Positions 1 to 13,459 of a stretch of DNA of 64,000 nucleotides are shown piece by piece. Under the pieces are notes generated by a model, which saw nothing but the letters and a program-made list of their open reading frames with translations, made no database searches and had not been told where the DNA came from. The stretch is from Eledone cirrhosa (lineage: Eukaryota): assembly GCA_964016885.1 (NCBI GenBank), contig OZ024759.1, positions 21,142,001 through 21,206,000 on the forward strand, given 5' to 3'. Position numbers and translations under genes: made by a program. Each line of letters begins with the position of its first letter. Position 1 is the first letter of the stretch.

Positions 1-409
1 GCTGAATAATCCACTGACAAGATTTCTTTACTGTAACCCTCGTGGAGAACCAGTGTGAATATCGTACGCTTGTGAGACAAGGCTGGGCCTTTGTATTACA
101 GGTATCATTTACAAAGTTTGGGTTGACCCGTGTCTGTGGTGAAGCGTATCTTACTCAAGGTGATCCTCACAGTAGGATCGAATAAGGGAGTTAGTGAAAC
201 GCTGGAGGTCTTATTGTGTTCTTGCAGTATTCTCACAAAGTGGTGAATTGACAGAGTCGTCAGAACATCGGATTAAAGGTTTTTGTTGGTTTCATTCCAG
301 CCCTTGTGAATTTTGAGTTCAAATTCCGCCACGGTCAGCTTCACCTTTCACTCCTTTTGAGGTCGATAAATAAAGTACTAGTTCAGTATAAGGTCAATTC
401 GTCCTCTAC

Positions 410-2110
410 ATCTTTCTTACTTTCCCTCTTTCTCTTCCTCTTTCTCTTCCTCTTTCTCTTCCTCTTTCTCTTCCTCTTTCTCTTCCTTTTTCTCTTCCTC
501 TTTCTCTTCCTCTTTCTCTTCCTCTTTCTCCTTTTATCTCTCACTCTCCTTCTTTCTCTCTCACTCTCTTCCCCTCTCTCACTCTCTTCCCCTCTCTCAC
601 TCTCTTCCCCTCTCTCACTCTCTTCATCTCTCACTCACTCTCTTCCTCTCTCTCACTCTCTTCCTCTCTCTCTCACTCTTTCTCTCTCTCACTCTTTCTC
701 TCTCTCTCTCTTTCTCTCTCTCACTCTCTCTCTCTTTCTCTCGCACTCTCTTCTTCTCACTCACTCTCTTCCTCTCACTCTCTTCCTCTCACTCTCTTCC
801 TCTCTCACCCTCTTCCTCTCTCTCACTCTCCTCCTCTCTCTCACTCTCTCCCTCTCTCTCACCCTCTTTCTCTCTCTCACTCTTTCTCTCTCTCACTCTC
901 TTCCTTTCTCTCTCTCTCTTTCTTTCTCATCTCTCTCTCTCTCATCTCTCTCTCTCTCTCTCACCCTCCCCCCCCCCCTCGGGAAGATATCAGTTGTGTT
1001 CAGATTCCGTGAGAGATTGAGTTCTTTAATCACACACCCATTCCTATGTCTATACATACGTATCATATATATATACACACACATATATATATACATATAT
1101 ATATAAATATGCGTCATATTATAAGCGGTTTCGATTCCCGTTCTAATCAGATAGAAAACGGATATACATACATGTAGATAGATAGATAGATAGAGGACAG
1201 GAAGTTGGAGAGAATACAAAGGAATTGTGTGTGTGTGTCATATATATATGTGTGTGTGTATGTGTGAGTACGTGTGTGTGTGTTTGAGTGAGAGAGAGAG
1301 ATGGAAAGAAAGATAAGGTGGGAAAGAGAGAAGGGTGACGTGCATGTGATACTCTGCGTGAATCTCGGTGTTCTTTCGCGTGTATGTGTATATGTGTTTA
1401 TATCTATGTACGTGTGTGTGTGTGTGTGTGTGTGTGTGTTGTATGTGGAAAAAATTGGAGACGGAGTGAGGAAGAGGAGGAGGAAAGCGAGAGTGAAATG
1501 ATGAGACGGACGAAAGATAGATAGAGAGGGGGGGGTGAGATGAACTGTAAAGATAAAGAGAATGAACTATAGGGAGAGAGAAAAAATAGAAATGGACTAA
1601 TTGTGAGAGGAGGGGTAGTGGGAGCGAAAGAGAGGGGGGGCATGAATAGAAGAGATAAGAGAATGTGACAGAGAGAGACGAGAGGGGGATGTTGAAAGAG
1701 AGAGAGAGAGAAGGAGGGAGGGAGAGGAAGCATGTGAAAGAGAAGAGAGCAAGGGAGACAGTCTGAGAGGAAGCTTGTAAAAAAAAAAAGAGGAAAAGAG
1801 AGGGTGACATAGACCTAACGACAGGGAAAAGAGAGCGAAGGGGAGACATGAGCTGAGAGAGAAGCGTTTAAAAAAGAAGAGTGAGAGGTGACATAGACCT
1901 GGAGAAAGAAAAGGGAAAAGAGAGCGAATGAGAGAGAGCGAGAGGAAGTATGTAAAGTAAAGAGAAAAAGGTTGTGAAGTGACATAGACTTAGAGAAAGA
2001 AAGAGGAAAAGGGAGCGAAGTGAAAGGGAGACATGAGCTAAGAGAAAGGCACAGAGAGAGAACGAGAGATAAGTAGAGAGAGTGAGAGAGAGAGAGAGAA
2101 CGTATGGGGA
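410..2110. repeat. (CT)n and (GA)n-rich low-complexity tracts
   Basis: Direct inspection; similar GA-rich tract at 5150-5840. Confidence 0.95.
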
Positions 2111-2583
2111 ATAGGTAGAGGCTGAAAGAAAGTAAAACCTGATAGTTAAAATCTATCAATTATTTTCAGACAGCTTCCATCTCTATTAAATTATTTATTT
2201 TATGATCATATTATTTTTATTTATTTCTGGGTAAATGAACCGCCCTTTTAAAAGCTATTAGCGCCGAGAACATCTGTATTTAAGTAGGTTCCAAGTAAAT
2301 GATAGTGGTGGTGGTGGTGGGCAGGGGAGACGGACGCTGGGGTGTGGTGGTGGTTGGTGTGGGGTTGATCCTGGGGAGAAGAAGAAAACAGAGAGGTCAA
2401 AGCTGATAGGGGGCGATCGGTTGGTGAGTTTTAATATAAAGTTTTAATCAAAACGGGAGATTCGGCCATGAAACACGATACTTCCGGTTTGTAACTAAAA
2501 TGGCCGACGAACCAGATTATTTTCCAAAACAATAAAACAATAATTGTTTCTTGCAGACATATGAAAGGTTGTGTGTGATTTAG

Positions 2584-2662
<79 letters not shown>

Positions 2663-3249
2663 CTTTGTTTAAGACGGAGTCTTAAGTGTTGGAGGTTGCA
2701 GTGATGGTGACAGTGTGTGTATGTTAGTATGTGTTGGATGGGTCGGAACAAGTGATGCGGAGCTTTTGGCAAACAGTGGCAACAACGGGGGTACTTATAA
2801 GTGGACACTCATCTAGCTAGAAATAGCAGTCAAATCTTGTAGCATTTCATGTTTCTGTCATAAAAATGGATCGGGATTTAGTATGTGCGTCTGTGAGAAT
2901 ATCCAACTATCTGTGGGCCCTTAATTGCTATTGGTGTCGTAAGAGCGTGACTCTGGTATTTTAAATCTGACAGAGCCCTTCCCTTCCCTTCCCTTCCCAA
3001 GTCTGAACACTACCGATTTATTCAAGAGAGAGATAGTGTATGTGTGGAAAAGCCGACCTTAATATTAGACTGGTACTTTATTTATAGACCTCGAAAGGAT
3101 GAAAAGTAAAGTTGACTTTGGTGGGATTTGAACTCGAAGATGACAGAGAACCTGAACCAAGACTGCAAAGCGTAATATTCGACGTTCTAACGTTTCTGCC
3201 AATTTTCCACCTTTTCACCTAAACCACAATCACAGCAACAGCCTACTCC

Positions 3250-5050
3250 CCCACATACACACACCACCATCACACCACCATCACACCACCACCACACCAC
3301 CACCACCACACCACCACCACACCACCACCACACCACATACACACACCACCATCATACCACCACCACACCACCACCACACCACCATCACACCACCATCACA
3401 CCACCATCACACCACATACACACACCACCATCACACCACCACCACACCACCACCACACCACCGTCACACCACCATCACACCACCATCACACCACCATCAC
3501 ACCACCACCACACACCACCACCACACCACCATCATACCACCACCACCACACCACCACACCACCACCACACCACCACCACATCACCATCACACCACCACCA
3601 CACCACCACCACACCACCATCACACCACCACCACACCACCATCACACTACCATCACACCACCACCACACCACCACCACACCACCATCACACCACCACCAC
3701 CACACCACCATCACACCACCACCACCACACCACCATCACACCACCACACCCACACTACTACCACACCACCACCACCACACCACCACCACACCACAATCAC
3801 ACCACCATCACCACCACCACACCACCACCACACCACCACCACCACACTACCACACCACAACCACATCACCACTACCACCATCACCACTACCACCACCGTC
3901 CCTACCACTGCCACGATCACAATCACCATCACCACCGACACTACCGCCAATGCCACAACCACCACCACCACTATCCCCGCCACCACCTCCACCTCCACCA
4001 CACCACCCCCGCCACCCCCACCACAGATCAATGTACAACAAGAATGGTTGTAAGAAAGACAGGAAGAAGGAAAGAAAGATTTGCCGGAAATTTAAAAAAC
4101 TAACATCTTTCTTTTTAAATGGTGGTGGTGGTGGTGGTAGTGGTGGTGCTGGGAGTGGTGGTGGTGGTAGTGTCGGTGGTGGTGGTGGTGGTGGTGGTGG
4201 TAGTGTCGGTAGTGGTGGTGCTGGGAGTGGTGTCGGTAGTGTGGTGGTGGTTGTAGTGTCGGTGGTGGTGATGTCGGTAGTGGTGGTGGTGCTGGGATTG
4301 GGAGTGGTGTCGGTGGAGGTGGTAGTGGTGGTGCAGGGGTGGTGGTGGTGCAGGGGGTGTCGGTAGTGGTGGTGGTGGTGCAGGGGGTGTCGGTAGTGGT
4401 GGTGGTGGTGGTGGTGTCGGTAGTGGTGGTGCTGGGAGTGTCGGTGGTGGTAGTGTCGGTAGTGGTGGTGGTGTCGGTAGTGGTGGTGCTGGTGTCGGTA
4501 GTAATAGTGGTGGTGTTAGTAGCAGTATTGGTGGTGGTGGTGGTGATGTTAATAGCAGTATTGGTGGTGGTGGTGGTGGTGGTATCAGTAGTAGTGGTGG
4601 TAGTAGTATTGGTCATGGAGGTGGTGTCGGTCGACGTAGTGGTGGTGTCGGTAGTAGTGGTTCTGTTAGTAGTAGTATTGGCGTGGTAGTGGTGTCAGTA
4701 GTAGTGGTAGTGGTGCTAGTAGTGGTGGTGGTGGTGGTGGTGCTAGTAGTAGTAGTGGTGGTGCTGTTAGTAGTAGTAGTAGTAGTAGTAGTATGGGTCG
4801 TGGTGGTGGTGTCGCTAGTAGTAGTGGTGGTGTCGGTAGTAGTAGTGGTGGTGTCAGTAGTAGTGGTAGTGGTGCTAGTAGTAGTGGTGGTGGTGGTGTT
4901 GCTAGTAGTAGTAGTGGTGGTGCTGTTAGTAGTAATAGTAGTAGTAGTAGTAGCAGTAGTAGTAGTAGTAGTATGGGTCGTGGTGGTGGTGTCGCTAGTA
5001 GTAGTGGTGGTGTCGGTAGTAGCAGTAGTGGTGGTGGTCGACGTGGTGGT
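3250..5050. repeat. (CACCA/CAC)n then (GTG/GTA)n low-complexity repeats
   Basis: Direct inspection. Confidence 0.95.
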
Positions 5051-5376
5051 ATTTGAATATTGAACAAACAGGACTGATTAAATTATTGATAAACTGTGTT
5101 GTGTGGCCGAGCTTTTTAAATTAATCACTATTCAATTAATTATTAATGAAGGGAAACGAGAGAAGAAGAAAGAAATAAGCAGAAAATGACGATCGAGAAC
5201 ACAGAACGAAAGATGGAGCGAGAAGGAACGAGAGTGGAAGTGTATGTGAGAGAGGGAGAGAGGGGGGGGGGTAGCGAGAGAACAGCGAACGAGAGTGGAA
5301 TTGTGTGTGAGAGAAAGAGATGGAGCGAGAGTGGAATTGCGTGTGTGTGTGTGTGAGAGAGAGAGAGTGGAATTGC

Positions 5377-5408
<32 letters not shown>

Positions 5409-6122
5409 TGGGAGAAAAGGGAAGAGAGGGGAGAGAAAGACAGTGAGAAAGATATGAGATAAAAAAGAGGGAGGGAGGGAGAGAGAAAGCGAAATCGGAA
5501 TAGCATGAGATTAAAGGAGACAGAAATGTTAGAGATAGAGAGAGATGTAAGAGAGACACAGTGAGGGAGAGAGAAATGGGAATGGTATAAGACTAAAGAA
5601 GAAAATATATATATATATAGAGAGAGAGAGAGGAAGAGAAAGGCATAGAGAGAGGGAGAGAGGCATAGGAGAGAGAGAGAGAGGGGGCATAGGGGTGTAG
5701 AGTGAGAGAGGCAAAGGAGAGAGGGGAGGGGGCTATAGGGATGTAGAGTGAGAGAGAGAGGAGGGGCATAGTGATGTAGAGTGAGCAAGAGTAAGAAAGA
5801 TTAGGAGAAAATGTATAAATGAGATAAACTGAGATAAAGAGAATACATTTAAGATATTTTCAAATTTCCTTGGTGCTTCATCAATTAACTAAATGTTGTT
5901 TACACTTCTAGCTTAACCCATAAAGGCTTCTAAAAGACGGCTGATGACGGCCAGATTTCCTATGGTGTAATCGTTAAATGCCGTCATCCGTCATATAGCA
6001 AATGCATGGTTCGATTTATTTTCACATTTTTTTTTCCTGACACAGATATTTTACTCGAATTATTAAACCATATACAGCTATCTGTATTGTAGCGGCTTCC
6101 ACAAATGAACTAACATATTTTC

Positions 6123-6153
<31 letters not shown>

Positions 6154-6163
6154 AGCTTCCATT

Positions 6164-6221
<58 letters not shown>

Positions 6222-6222
<1 letters not shown>

Positions 6223-6868
6223 TAGCAGATGTACCCGGCGTTGCTCGGGAAATGAATGACAGCCTGTTTGTCCGTATAAAGAGAGCCAAAGGTTGAGCAA
6301 AGAATTGAAATGTAATTGTAAAAAAAAGTTTAACAAAATGGGTGTACAGTGACATGATTGAGTGAAATAAACGGCAACATAAAAACAATTCATGGGGTAG
6401 CTTGAGTTCATTGACGTGAGTAACGTTGTGCTATCAAACGTATTTCTCACAGGAATATGCACGGTATATGTTCAGTCATATTGACTAATGTTAGTTGCGT
6501 AGTCCAATTAGAAATCGCGACCTTCAATCGGGCGAATTGTTCAAGGTCTTTTATGGCTTAGCTAGCAATTTCTGAGTGCATGTCAGCTTATGTCAGCTAA
6601 TTGGCTAGCCAATGAGAGGTCGCCTCAATAACACGTGCCAAATCGGCCTAGTACTTCAAAAGTTAAAAGGTACCTAGTATTTGTACACAAATCGATTTTT
6701 CGGCCCCAATATCGATTTTTTTTTTCAAATTTGTTTTTGTCCAAAACCTGCTCTGGCATATAAGCAATACGTGTGCCAAATTTGGTTGAAATCGGCCTAG
6801 TACTTCAAAAGTTAAAAGGAGACTAGTATTTGTACACAGACAGACACACACACACACAGCCCAACTTG

Positions 6869-6875
<7 letters not shown>
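6222..6875 (-). mobile_element. Non-autonomous Helitron-like element
   Basis: Minus-strand 3' end CCCGAGCAACGCCGGG hairpin followed by CTAG|T; internal direct repeats; microsatellite near the other end. Confidence 0.65.
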
Positions 6876-6931
<56 letters not shown>

Positions 6932-6953
6932 ATGAAATGCCTTGAAAACGATA

Positions 6954-7038
6954 AACATATCTGCGAATGCAGAGTCAGGTTCGATCTATAATAGATCCTG
7001 CCTTGAGCTGATCGTCGAAGAAACATATGTAATATGTT
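6954..7038 (+). ncRNA. Degenerate hammerhead motif related to 54471-54540
   Basis: AACATAT-CTGCGAA (mutated core)-...-GAAAC atat GT-A-ATATGTT, followed by AATAAA. Confidence 0.55.
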
Positions 7039-7077
7039 AATAAATTGTGTTTTCATGCATCACTGATTCCTCGTTAT

Positions 7078-7128
<51 letters not shown>

Positions 7129-7317
7129 ATATATATGAGAATAAACGTGCTGCGTGGTTGCTAATGGGTTACATATGAATACGTGTCCCAACGACTTTTT
7201 TTAGCCGTTGCTCGCACCAACCGGAGGTATATGGCCTTTAAAGCGATGAAATACCAATGATGGTTGGAAGATCACTGATGAAGGACTAACTTTATTCATA
7301 TATATATATATATATAT

Positions 7318-7659
7318 AAGTGTTGAAGTTTCCGTTGAAAAAGTCAGAGGAATGAAGAGTGCTCTATGTAAGTTACAGGGCTAAATATTTAATGTATAAT
7401 AAACGATACAATATAATTACCTCATTACCAGATGTTTCCCGAATAAGACGGATACAAGAAACGTCCGCATTCGTTCGTCAGACAAGGCAATTTAAAACAT
7501 AGTGAAATATTTGAAAAATCCTATATATTTTTCAAATATTTCACTGTTTTAAATTGCCTTGTCTGACGAACGAATGCGGACGTTTCTTGTATCCGTCTTA
7601 TTCGGGAAACCTCTGGTAATGAGGTAATTATATTGTATTGTTTATTATAAATTAAATAT
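7318..7659 (-). mobile_element. Fold-back element in (TA)n, putative Penelope-like pseudo-LTR remnant
   Basis: Near-perfect ~135-bp inverted arms (7385-7519, 7527-7659), an HHR in each arm, and an unpaired ~65-bp extension on the left. Confidence 0.7.
7556..7625 (+). ncRNA. Type I hammerhead motif with long helix II (mirror copy on minus strand at 7419-7488)
   Basis: GCCTTGT-CTGACGA-A-CGAAT...ATTCG-G-GAAACC tct GGT-A-ATGAGGT; helix I pairs with wobbles; GUA triplet. Confidence 0.8.
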
Positions 7660-8043
7660 ATATATCTAAAGTCTGTCTCAAGCCCGGCGACTCATCAAAC
7701 CTGTGCTTATGCCGGTTTCGATGGCGTTAAGCGACTGATAGTACAATACTCTCCATGGACACGACGCCAGTCGTATTAATTTAACAATGAAAATAATTGT
7801 TTCTACGTTAGGCACAAGGCCAGCAATTTACCAGTGTATTACTGGTACTTTTATTTTATCGACCCCGTAAGGATGAAAGGCAAAACAAAGTTGAGTTATT
7901 TTACCTAAAACAATGAAATGAATAGGTAAAATAACTCTAAGGATTTAACTCAGCGGAACACGGAATCTTTCTATGGATTTCACTGGATTACTCGCCATCA
8001 GATTCCATTGAGTTCTATCTACGGTACGGACCACATTGGAAAA

Positions 8044-8112
<69 letters not shown>

Positions 8113-8159
8113 AGTAGCTTAAGTCAACAGGGTAAAATTAGCTTCGTTCATTCACATTC

Positions 8160-8216
8160 GCTGCTATATATATTACAATGACAGCCATTATTCAACAGCT
8201 ATGACCTCATCAGTCA
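8160..8216 (-). ncRNA. Degenerate hammerhead motif
   Basis: Minus strand CTGATGA-GG...TAGCTG ttgaataa TGGCTG...GTAAT atat ATA; the GAAA box is mutated. Confidence 0.35.
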
Positions 8217-8984
8217 GTAAGCATTTAAACAGGAAAACATGATGTTGTAATGGATTTCAGCGTCCAAATGATATCCCCCCACTTCATTGGTTTGTTATCT
8301 GACTAACACATACTCAAAATTTTATATATATATATATATGCGAGAGAGTAAAATGTTCTCATCCCATATATATATAAAACGTAGCATCTATTACTGGATA
8401 CGAACGTTCAGCTGTTAGGTTTCCCGTGTGTCACCTTCCCCAGAACAACATCAATTAGTTATCGGCAGCTTTTACAATGTCTTGGTCAGATAAGGAAGGG
8501 CACCGCAATCTAGCATAATCAGGTATTCGGAGCCTGGTAGAAGGAAGGGCGAAAATTGACTGACGACAGAAAACCTCGTTTAAATGTTTGCAAAAGAGTA
8601 GACTTCATTAAACGCCGCCGGTCCGGGCGTCAGTCGGATGGTAGTGTTAAACCGGGCGTCGGATTAATTATTTCAACCGAAACAATCACACCCTGCAACA
8701 GCTTTGTTGCCAAGGATTTACGAGGGGAGGTGTGTGTGTGGGGGGGGGGGGTCACTGAATTGCACTGCTCCCCCTCCCCGTACTTTTCAATAGTGTCCCT
8801 TAAGATTTAGAGAACATTTACAGTGATAGGTTTATTTCGGAATTCTAACTTAAAATGATTGTGAATTACAAGGAATCCCCATCCAACCCGAGGAAGGGCC
8901 TACCCTGCTAAATCCCTCACTCAAATGTTGTCTCCCTAATTACACTCACAAAGCTATTGTCGACCTGAGGCTGGAGTCTCCTTC

Positions 8985-9250
8985 TTATCGTGTCCACAAG
9001 AGTGTCAGTTACAAAGCTTGACGACTGAACACATTGCTGTCCTTGCTCATTAAACTCTGCCAAGTCCAATACTGTGCAGGGGTGTTCCAGCAGGGGGCAT
9101 ATCAGGAGGTGCTGCGTAGTCTGTGGCTCCATGCCGCAGTCACACCCAACGTCCCCGTCCTTTAAATATTACCATTTTGCAAAAGTGACTTTTGTACGTC
9201 GAACATCAGATTTTACTCTGTTGAGGCATTTCCACACTGCGTAGTTCGTA
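8985..9250 (-). mobile_element. LINE C-terminal fragment (ingi/Vingi-like)
   Basis: WKCLNRV...CDCGMEPQTTQHLLICP zinc-knuckle-like motif with an in-frame stop. Confidence 0.6.
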
Positions 9251-9421
9251 TCTAGGGTGTAGTAGAAGTATGTATATACGGACCTATTACTTTTGAGCAA
9301 GTGGTAGGGACGCCTCTGTGACATACTTGGCGTATCTTAAACCTGGCGGAGCCTATCTTCTCGCTAGGTCTAAACACAGCAGATTTTTTCCAGAGAAATA
9401 AAGAGTGTGAGATAGAACAGG

Positions 9422-9472
<51 letters not shown>

Positions 9473-10054
9473 GGTGCGCGAGTGATAGAAGAATTGAAGA
9501 AGAGATATGGAGGAAGAATTGACCCTAGTACTGGACTGGTAGTTTATTTTATCGACCACGAAACGATGAAAGACAAAGTTGACCTCTACGAGATTCGAAC
9601 TAAGACCACACAGAACCAGAACGATTATCACAAAACATTTTTTCTGACGTTCTAACGGCTCTGCCAATTTGCTACCTTCGTATGGTAGATGTGACATTGC
9701 CAAAAGTGTCGCAATATAATGAGATCGAACGCGGGACCACATAGTAACGAGGCGAACGTCTTAAGCACACAACCATACCAAACTTAAAAAAAAAAAACAG
9801 AAATCAAAAAAGCCGCATCGCTCACCCCACAAAGAGAAATAGATATATCGATCTATCGATCTCTATGTATGTAATTAGTGTTCACTACACTTCATTAATA
9901 ATTAAAATTTACAAGCAATTAATTGTCTAAATTCATTGATTACAATTAGAGTTATTATGGTTTATAATGTATTTCTAATTAATTAAATATTTTTATGAAG
10001 TTGTCACGTCATTGAATCATAAATCAGTGAATTAATGGTAATTAGAGTGGGGGG

Positions 10055-10320
10055 TGGAGGATGGTAGCGGTGGAGGTGTTGGACTTATGATCATAATGTC
10101 GTGGGTTCGATTCTTGGACTGGGTTGTGTGTTGTGTTCTTGAGCAAATCACTTCATTTCATTTCATGTTGCTCCAGTATAATCAGCTAAAAATGAGTATC
10201 AGAAGCAATAGCTAGGAGTTTAACCCTGCGATGGACTGGCGTCCTGTCCAGGGGTGAGTCTTTTGTTTTCAGTCGGTTAACGCCATAGAAACCTGGATAA
10301 GCACCAGTCTGATGAACCTC
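10055..10320 (+). mobile_element. tRNA-derived SINE
   Basis: B box GGTTCGATTC; body homologous to 35049-35334. Confidence 0.8.
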
Positions 10321-10324
10321 TGGT

Positions 10325-10915
10325 ATTGACAGCATTGGTTCACTAGACATCCCAATTTAAATACACTCAACGCTATTTACCGCCATTATTGACAGCATTG
10401 GTTCACTAGAGCTGGTACTTATGATATACCAATCATAGACATCCCAAATTAAATACACTCAACGCTATTTACCGCCATTATTGACAGCATTGGTTCACTA
10501 GAGCTGGTACTTATGATATACCAATCATAGACATCCCAAATTAAATACACTCAACGCTATTTACCGCCATTATTGACAGCATTGGTTCACTAGAGCTGGT
10601 ACTTATGATATACCAATCATAGACATCCCAAATTAAATACACTCAACGCTATTTACCGCCATTATTGACAGCATTGGTTCACTAGAGCTGGTACTTATGA
10701 TATACCAATCATAGACATCCCAAATTAAATACACTCAACGCTATTTACCGCCATTATTGACAGCATTGGTTCACTAGAGCTGGTACCAATCTTGGACTCC
10801 AAAAATTAAATGCATTCAACGCTATTGGTTACAGCATTAATGGCACAAGTCCAATAGTTCTGGTATATATGTCATACCAATCCTGGACTCCAAAACTTAA
10901 ATACTTTCAACGCTA
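10325..10915. repeat. 92-bp minisatellite, variant 1 (about 4 exact plus decayed units)
   Basis: GACAGCATTGG recurs at 10391, 10483 and 10575. Confidence 0.95.
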
Positions 10916-11349
10916 TTAACTCTGTAGTATTTACATTACTCTATAGTTTCACAGTAAAGGCTTTATCTCACATAATATCAAATCTATGAGATTTTGATAG
11001 CATTTATTTTGAGAGAAATACCTTAACATAAATATGAGCGGCCAGTTATCGCTAGTTTAAACAGAAAGAGGTGAGCGAATTCTGGCCGGATATGGCCGGT
11101 TTAAATGCTAAAGGGTTAACCGCCAGTATTGAGGACACTGATCCACTAATCCTGGTATATAGGTATAACATCCCATCTATTAGGGACGCATCCATGGTTG
11201 TATGGGTACAAAAATTACTTTGCAGCCCTTTGGTTTTCAATTGAATCCTACTGCACGGTATCTCAGACAAGTGTCGTCTACCATAGACGAATATATTAAA
11301 CAATCATAGACCAATACTGATCGATACCATATTTAAACATTATAGGAAG

Positions 11350-12412
11350 CTAACATACTAATCCAGGACGTGGAAACTTAAATACTATCAACGCTACTTA
11401 AAGCCGTTATTGAAGGAATTGGTCCACCAATCCTGGTATATTAGTATAACATACCAATCCTAGACTCCAAAACTGAAATACCATCAACGCTACTTAGAGC
11501 CAATATTAACGGCACTGGTCCACCAATCCTGGTATATACGACATACCAATCCTAGACTCCAAAACTGAAATACCATCAACGCTACTTAGAGCCAATATTA
11601 ACGGCACTGGTCCACCAATCCTGGTATATACGACATACCAATCCTAGACTCCAAAACTGAAATACCATCAACGCTACTTAGAGCCAATATTAACGGCACT
11701 GGTCCACCAATCCTGGTATATACGACATACCAATCCTGGCCTCCAAAACTTAAATACCATCAACGCTACTTAGAGCCAATATTAACGGCACTGGTCCACC
11801 AATCCTGGTATATACGACATACCAATCCTGGCCTCCAAAACTGAAATACCATCAACGCTACTTAGAGCCAATATTAACGGCACTGGTCCACCAATCCTGG
11901 TATATACGACATACCAATCCTGGCCTCCAAAACTGAAATACCATCAACGCTACTTAGAGCCAATATTAACGGCACTGGTCCACCAATCCTGGTATATACG
12001 ACATACCAATCCTGGCCTCCAAAACTGAAATACCATCAACGCTACTTAGAGCCAATATTAACGGCACTGGTCCACCAATCCTGGTATATACGACATACCA
12101 ATCCTGGCCTCCAAAACTGAAATACCATCAACGCTACTTAGAGCCAATATTAACGGCACTGGTCCACCAATCCTGGTATATACGACATACCAATCCTAGA
12201 CTCCAAAACTGAAATACCATCAACGCTACTTAGAGCCAATATTAACGGCACTGGTCCACCAATCCTGGTATATACGACATACCAATCCTAGACTCCAAAA
12301 CTGAAATACCATCAACGCTACTTAGAGCCAATATTAACGGCACTGGTCCACCAATCCTGGTATATACGACATAACAATCCTGGCCTCCAAAACTTAAATA
12401 CATTCAACGCTA
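11350..12412. repeat. 92-bp minisatellite, variant 2 (about 10-11 units)
   Basis: CCAATCCTGGTATATACGAC recurs at 11523, 11615 and onward. Confidence 0.95.
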
Positions 12413-13162
12413 TTAATTTACGCTATTCTATATTTACTGTTGTATTTTCACAGTAAAGGCTTTATCTCACATAATTATCTCACATCATATCAAATCTATG
12501 AGATTTTGATATCATTTATTTTGAGAACAATACTTTAACATAAATATTAGCAGCCAGTTACAGCTGGTTTAATCAGAAAGAGGTGAGCGAATTCTGGCCG
12601 GATATGGCCGGTTTAAATGCTAAAGGGTTAACCGCTAGGATTGAGGGCACTGATCCACTAATCCTGGTATATAAGTATAACATACCAATCCAGGACGCCA
12701 AAACTGAAATAACATTGACGGTACTTGTCCATCCATACGTCTGTGCATATTTCTATGACATTCTCACATAACAATTGGTAACCTTGAACAATGGTTTATG
12801 TCCCTGTTTATGTTTATGAGTGTTTTTCCAAGATTTTCGCTAATTATATTTCAAGAAAGTTAAAACCCTTTGATCTGCTCCTCAGCAGAACCCCACCCCC
12901 CACCAACTCACCCCACCCCACCCCACACATATGCTCAGTAGAAGCAATATCAGTCTTGTATCTCTGAATCTCTAAACAGTAATCTTTCATCACAAAACAC
13001 TTCGTCTTCCACCCTCACCTCATCATGTATCTGTGTGTCTGTATGTGTGTGTGCGTGTGTGTGTGTGTGTGTGTGCATTTATATATATATATGTACATAT
13101 ATATATATATATGTACATATATATATGTGTGTGTGTGTGTGTGTATATTTATATATATATAT

Positions 13163-13193
<31 letters not shown>

Positions 13194-13268
13194 CACACAC
13201 ACACATATATTTATATATATATATATATTTATATGTGTGTGTGGGTGAGTATATGAATGTATATTAAA

Positions 13269-13299
<31 letters not shown>

Positions 13300-13459
13300 A
13301 TGTATGTACACAGAAACACACACACATATATACACATATGTACAAACACACACCTATATATATATATAATGTATGTATATACAGATATATTCCATTTTCT
13401 GTCAGAACCCCAAATATTTAGCCTCCTACATCCCCCCCCCACACACACACCCAACCCAA

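Noticed and set aside
5936-5992. CTGATGA at 5941 as a hammerhead
   Set aside because: No GAAA box; the segment pairs instead as a simple hairpin (GATGACGGC/GCCGTCATC).
10055-10130. tRNA genes
   Set aside because: The A/B-box heads belong to SINEs; no intact cloverleaf.
10325-12412. CRISPR-like array
   Set aside because: Units repeat in full with no unique spacers; eukaryotic minisatellite.
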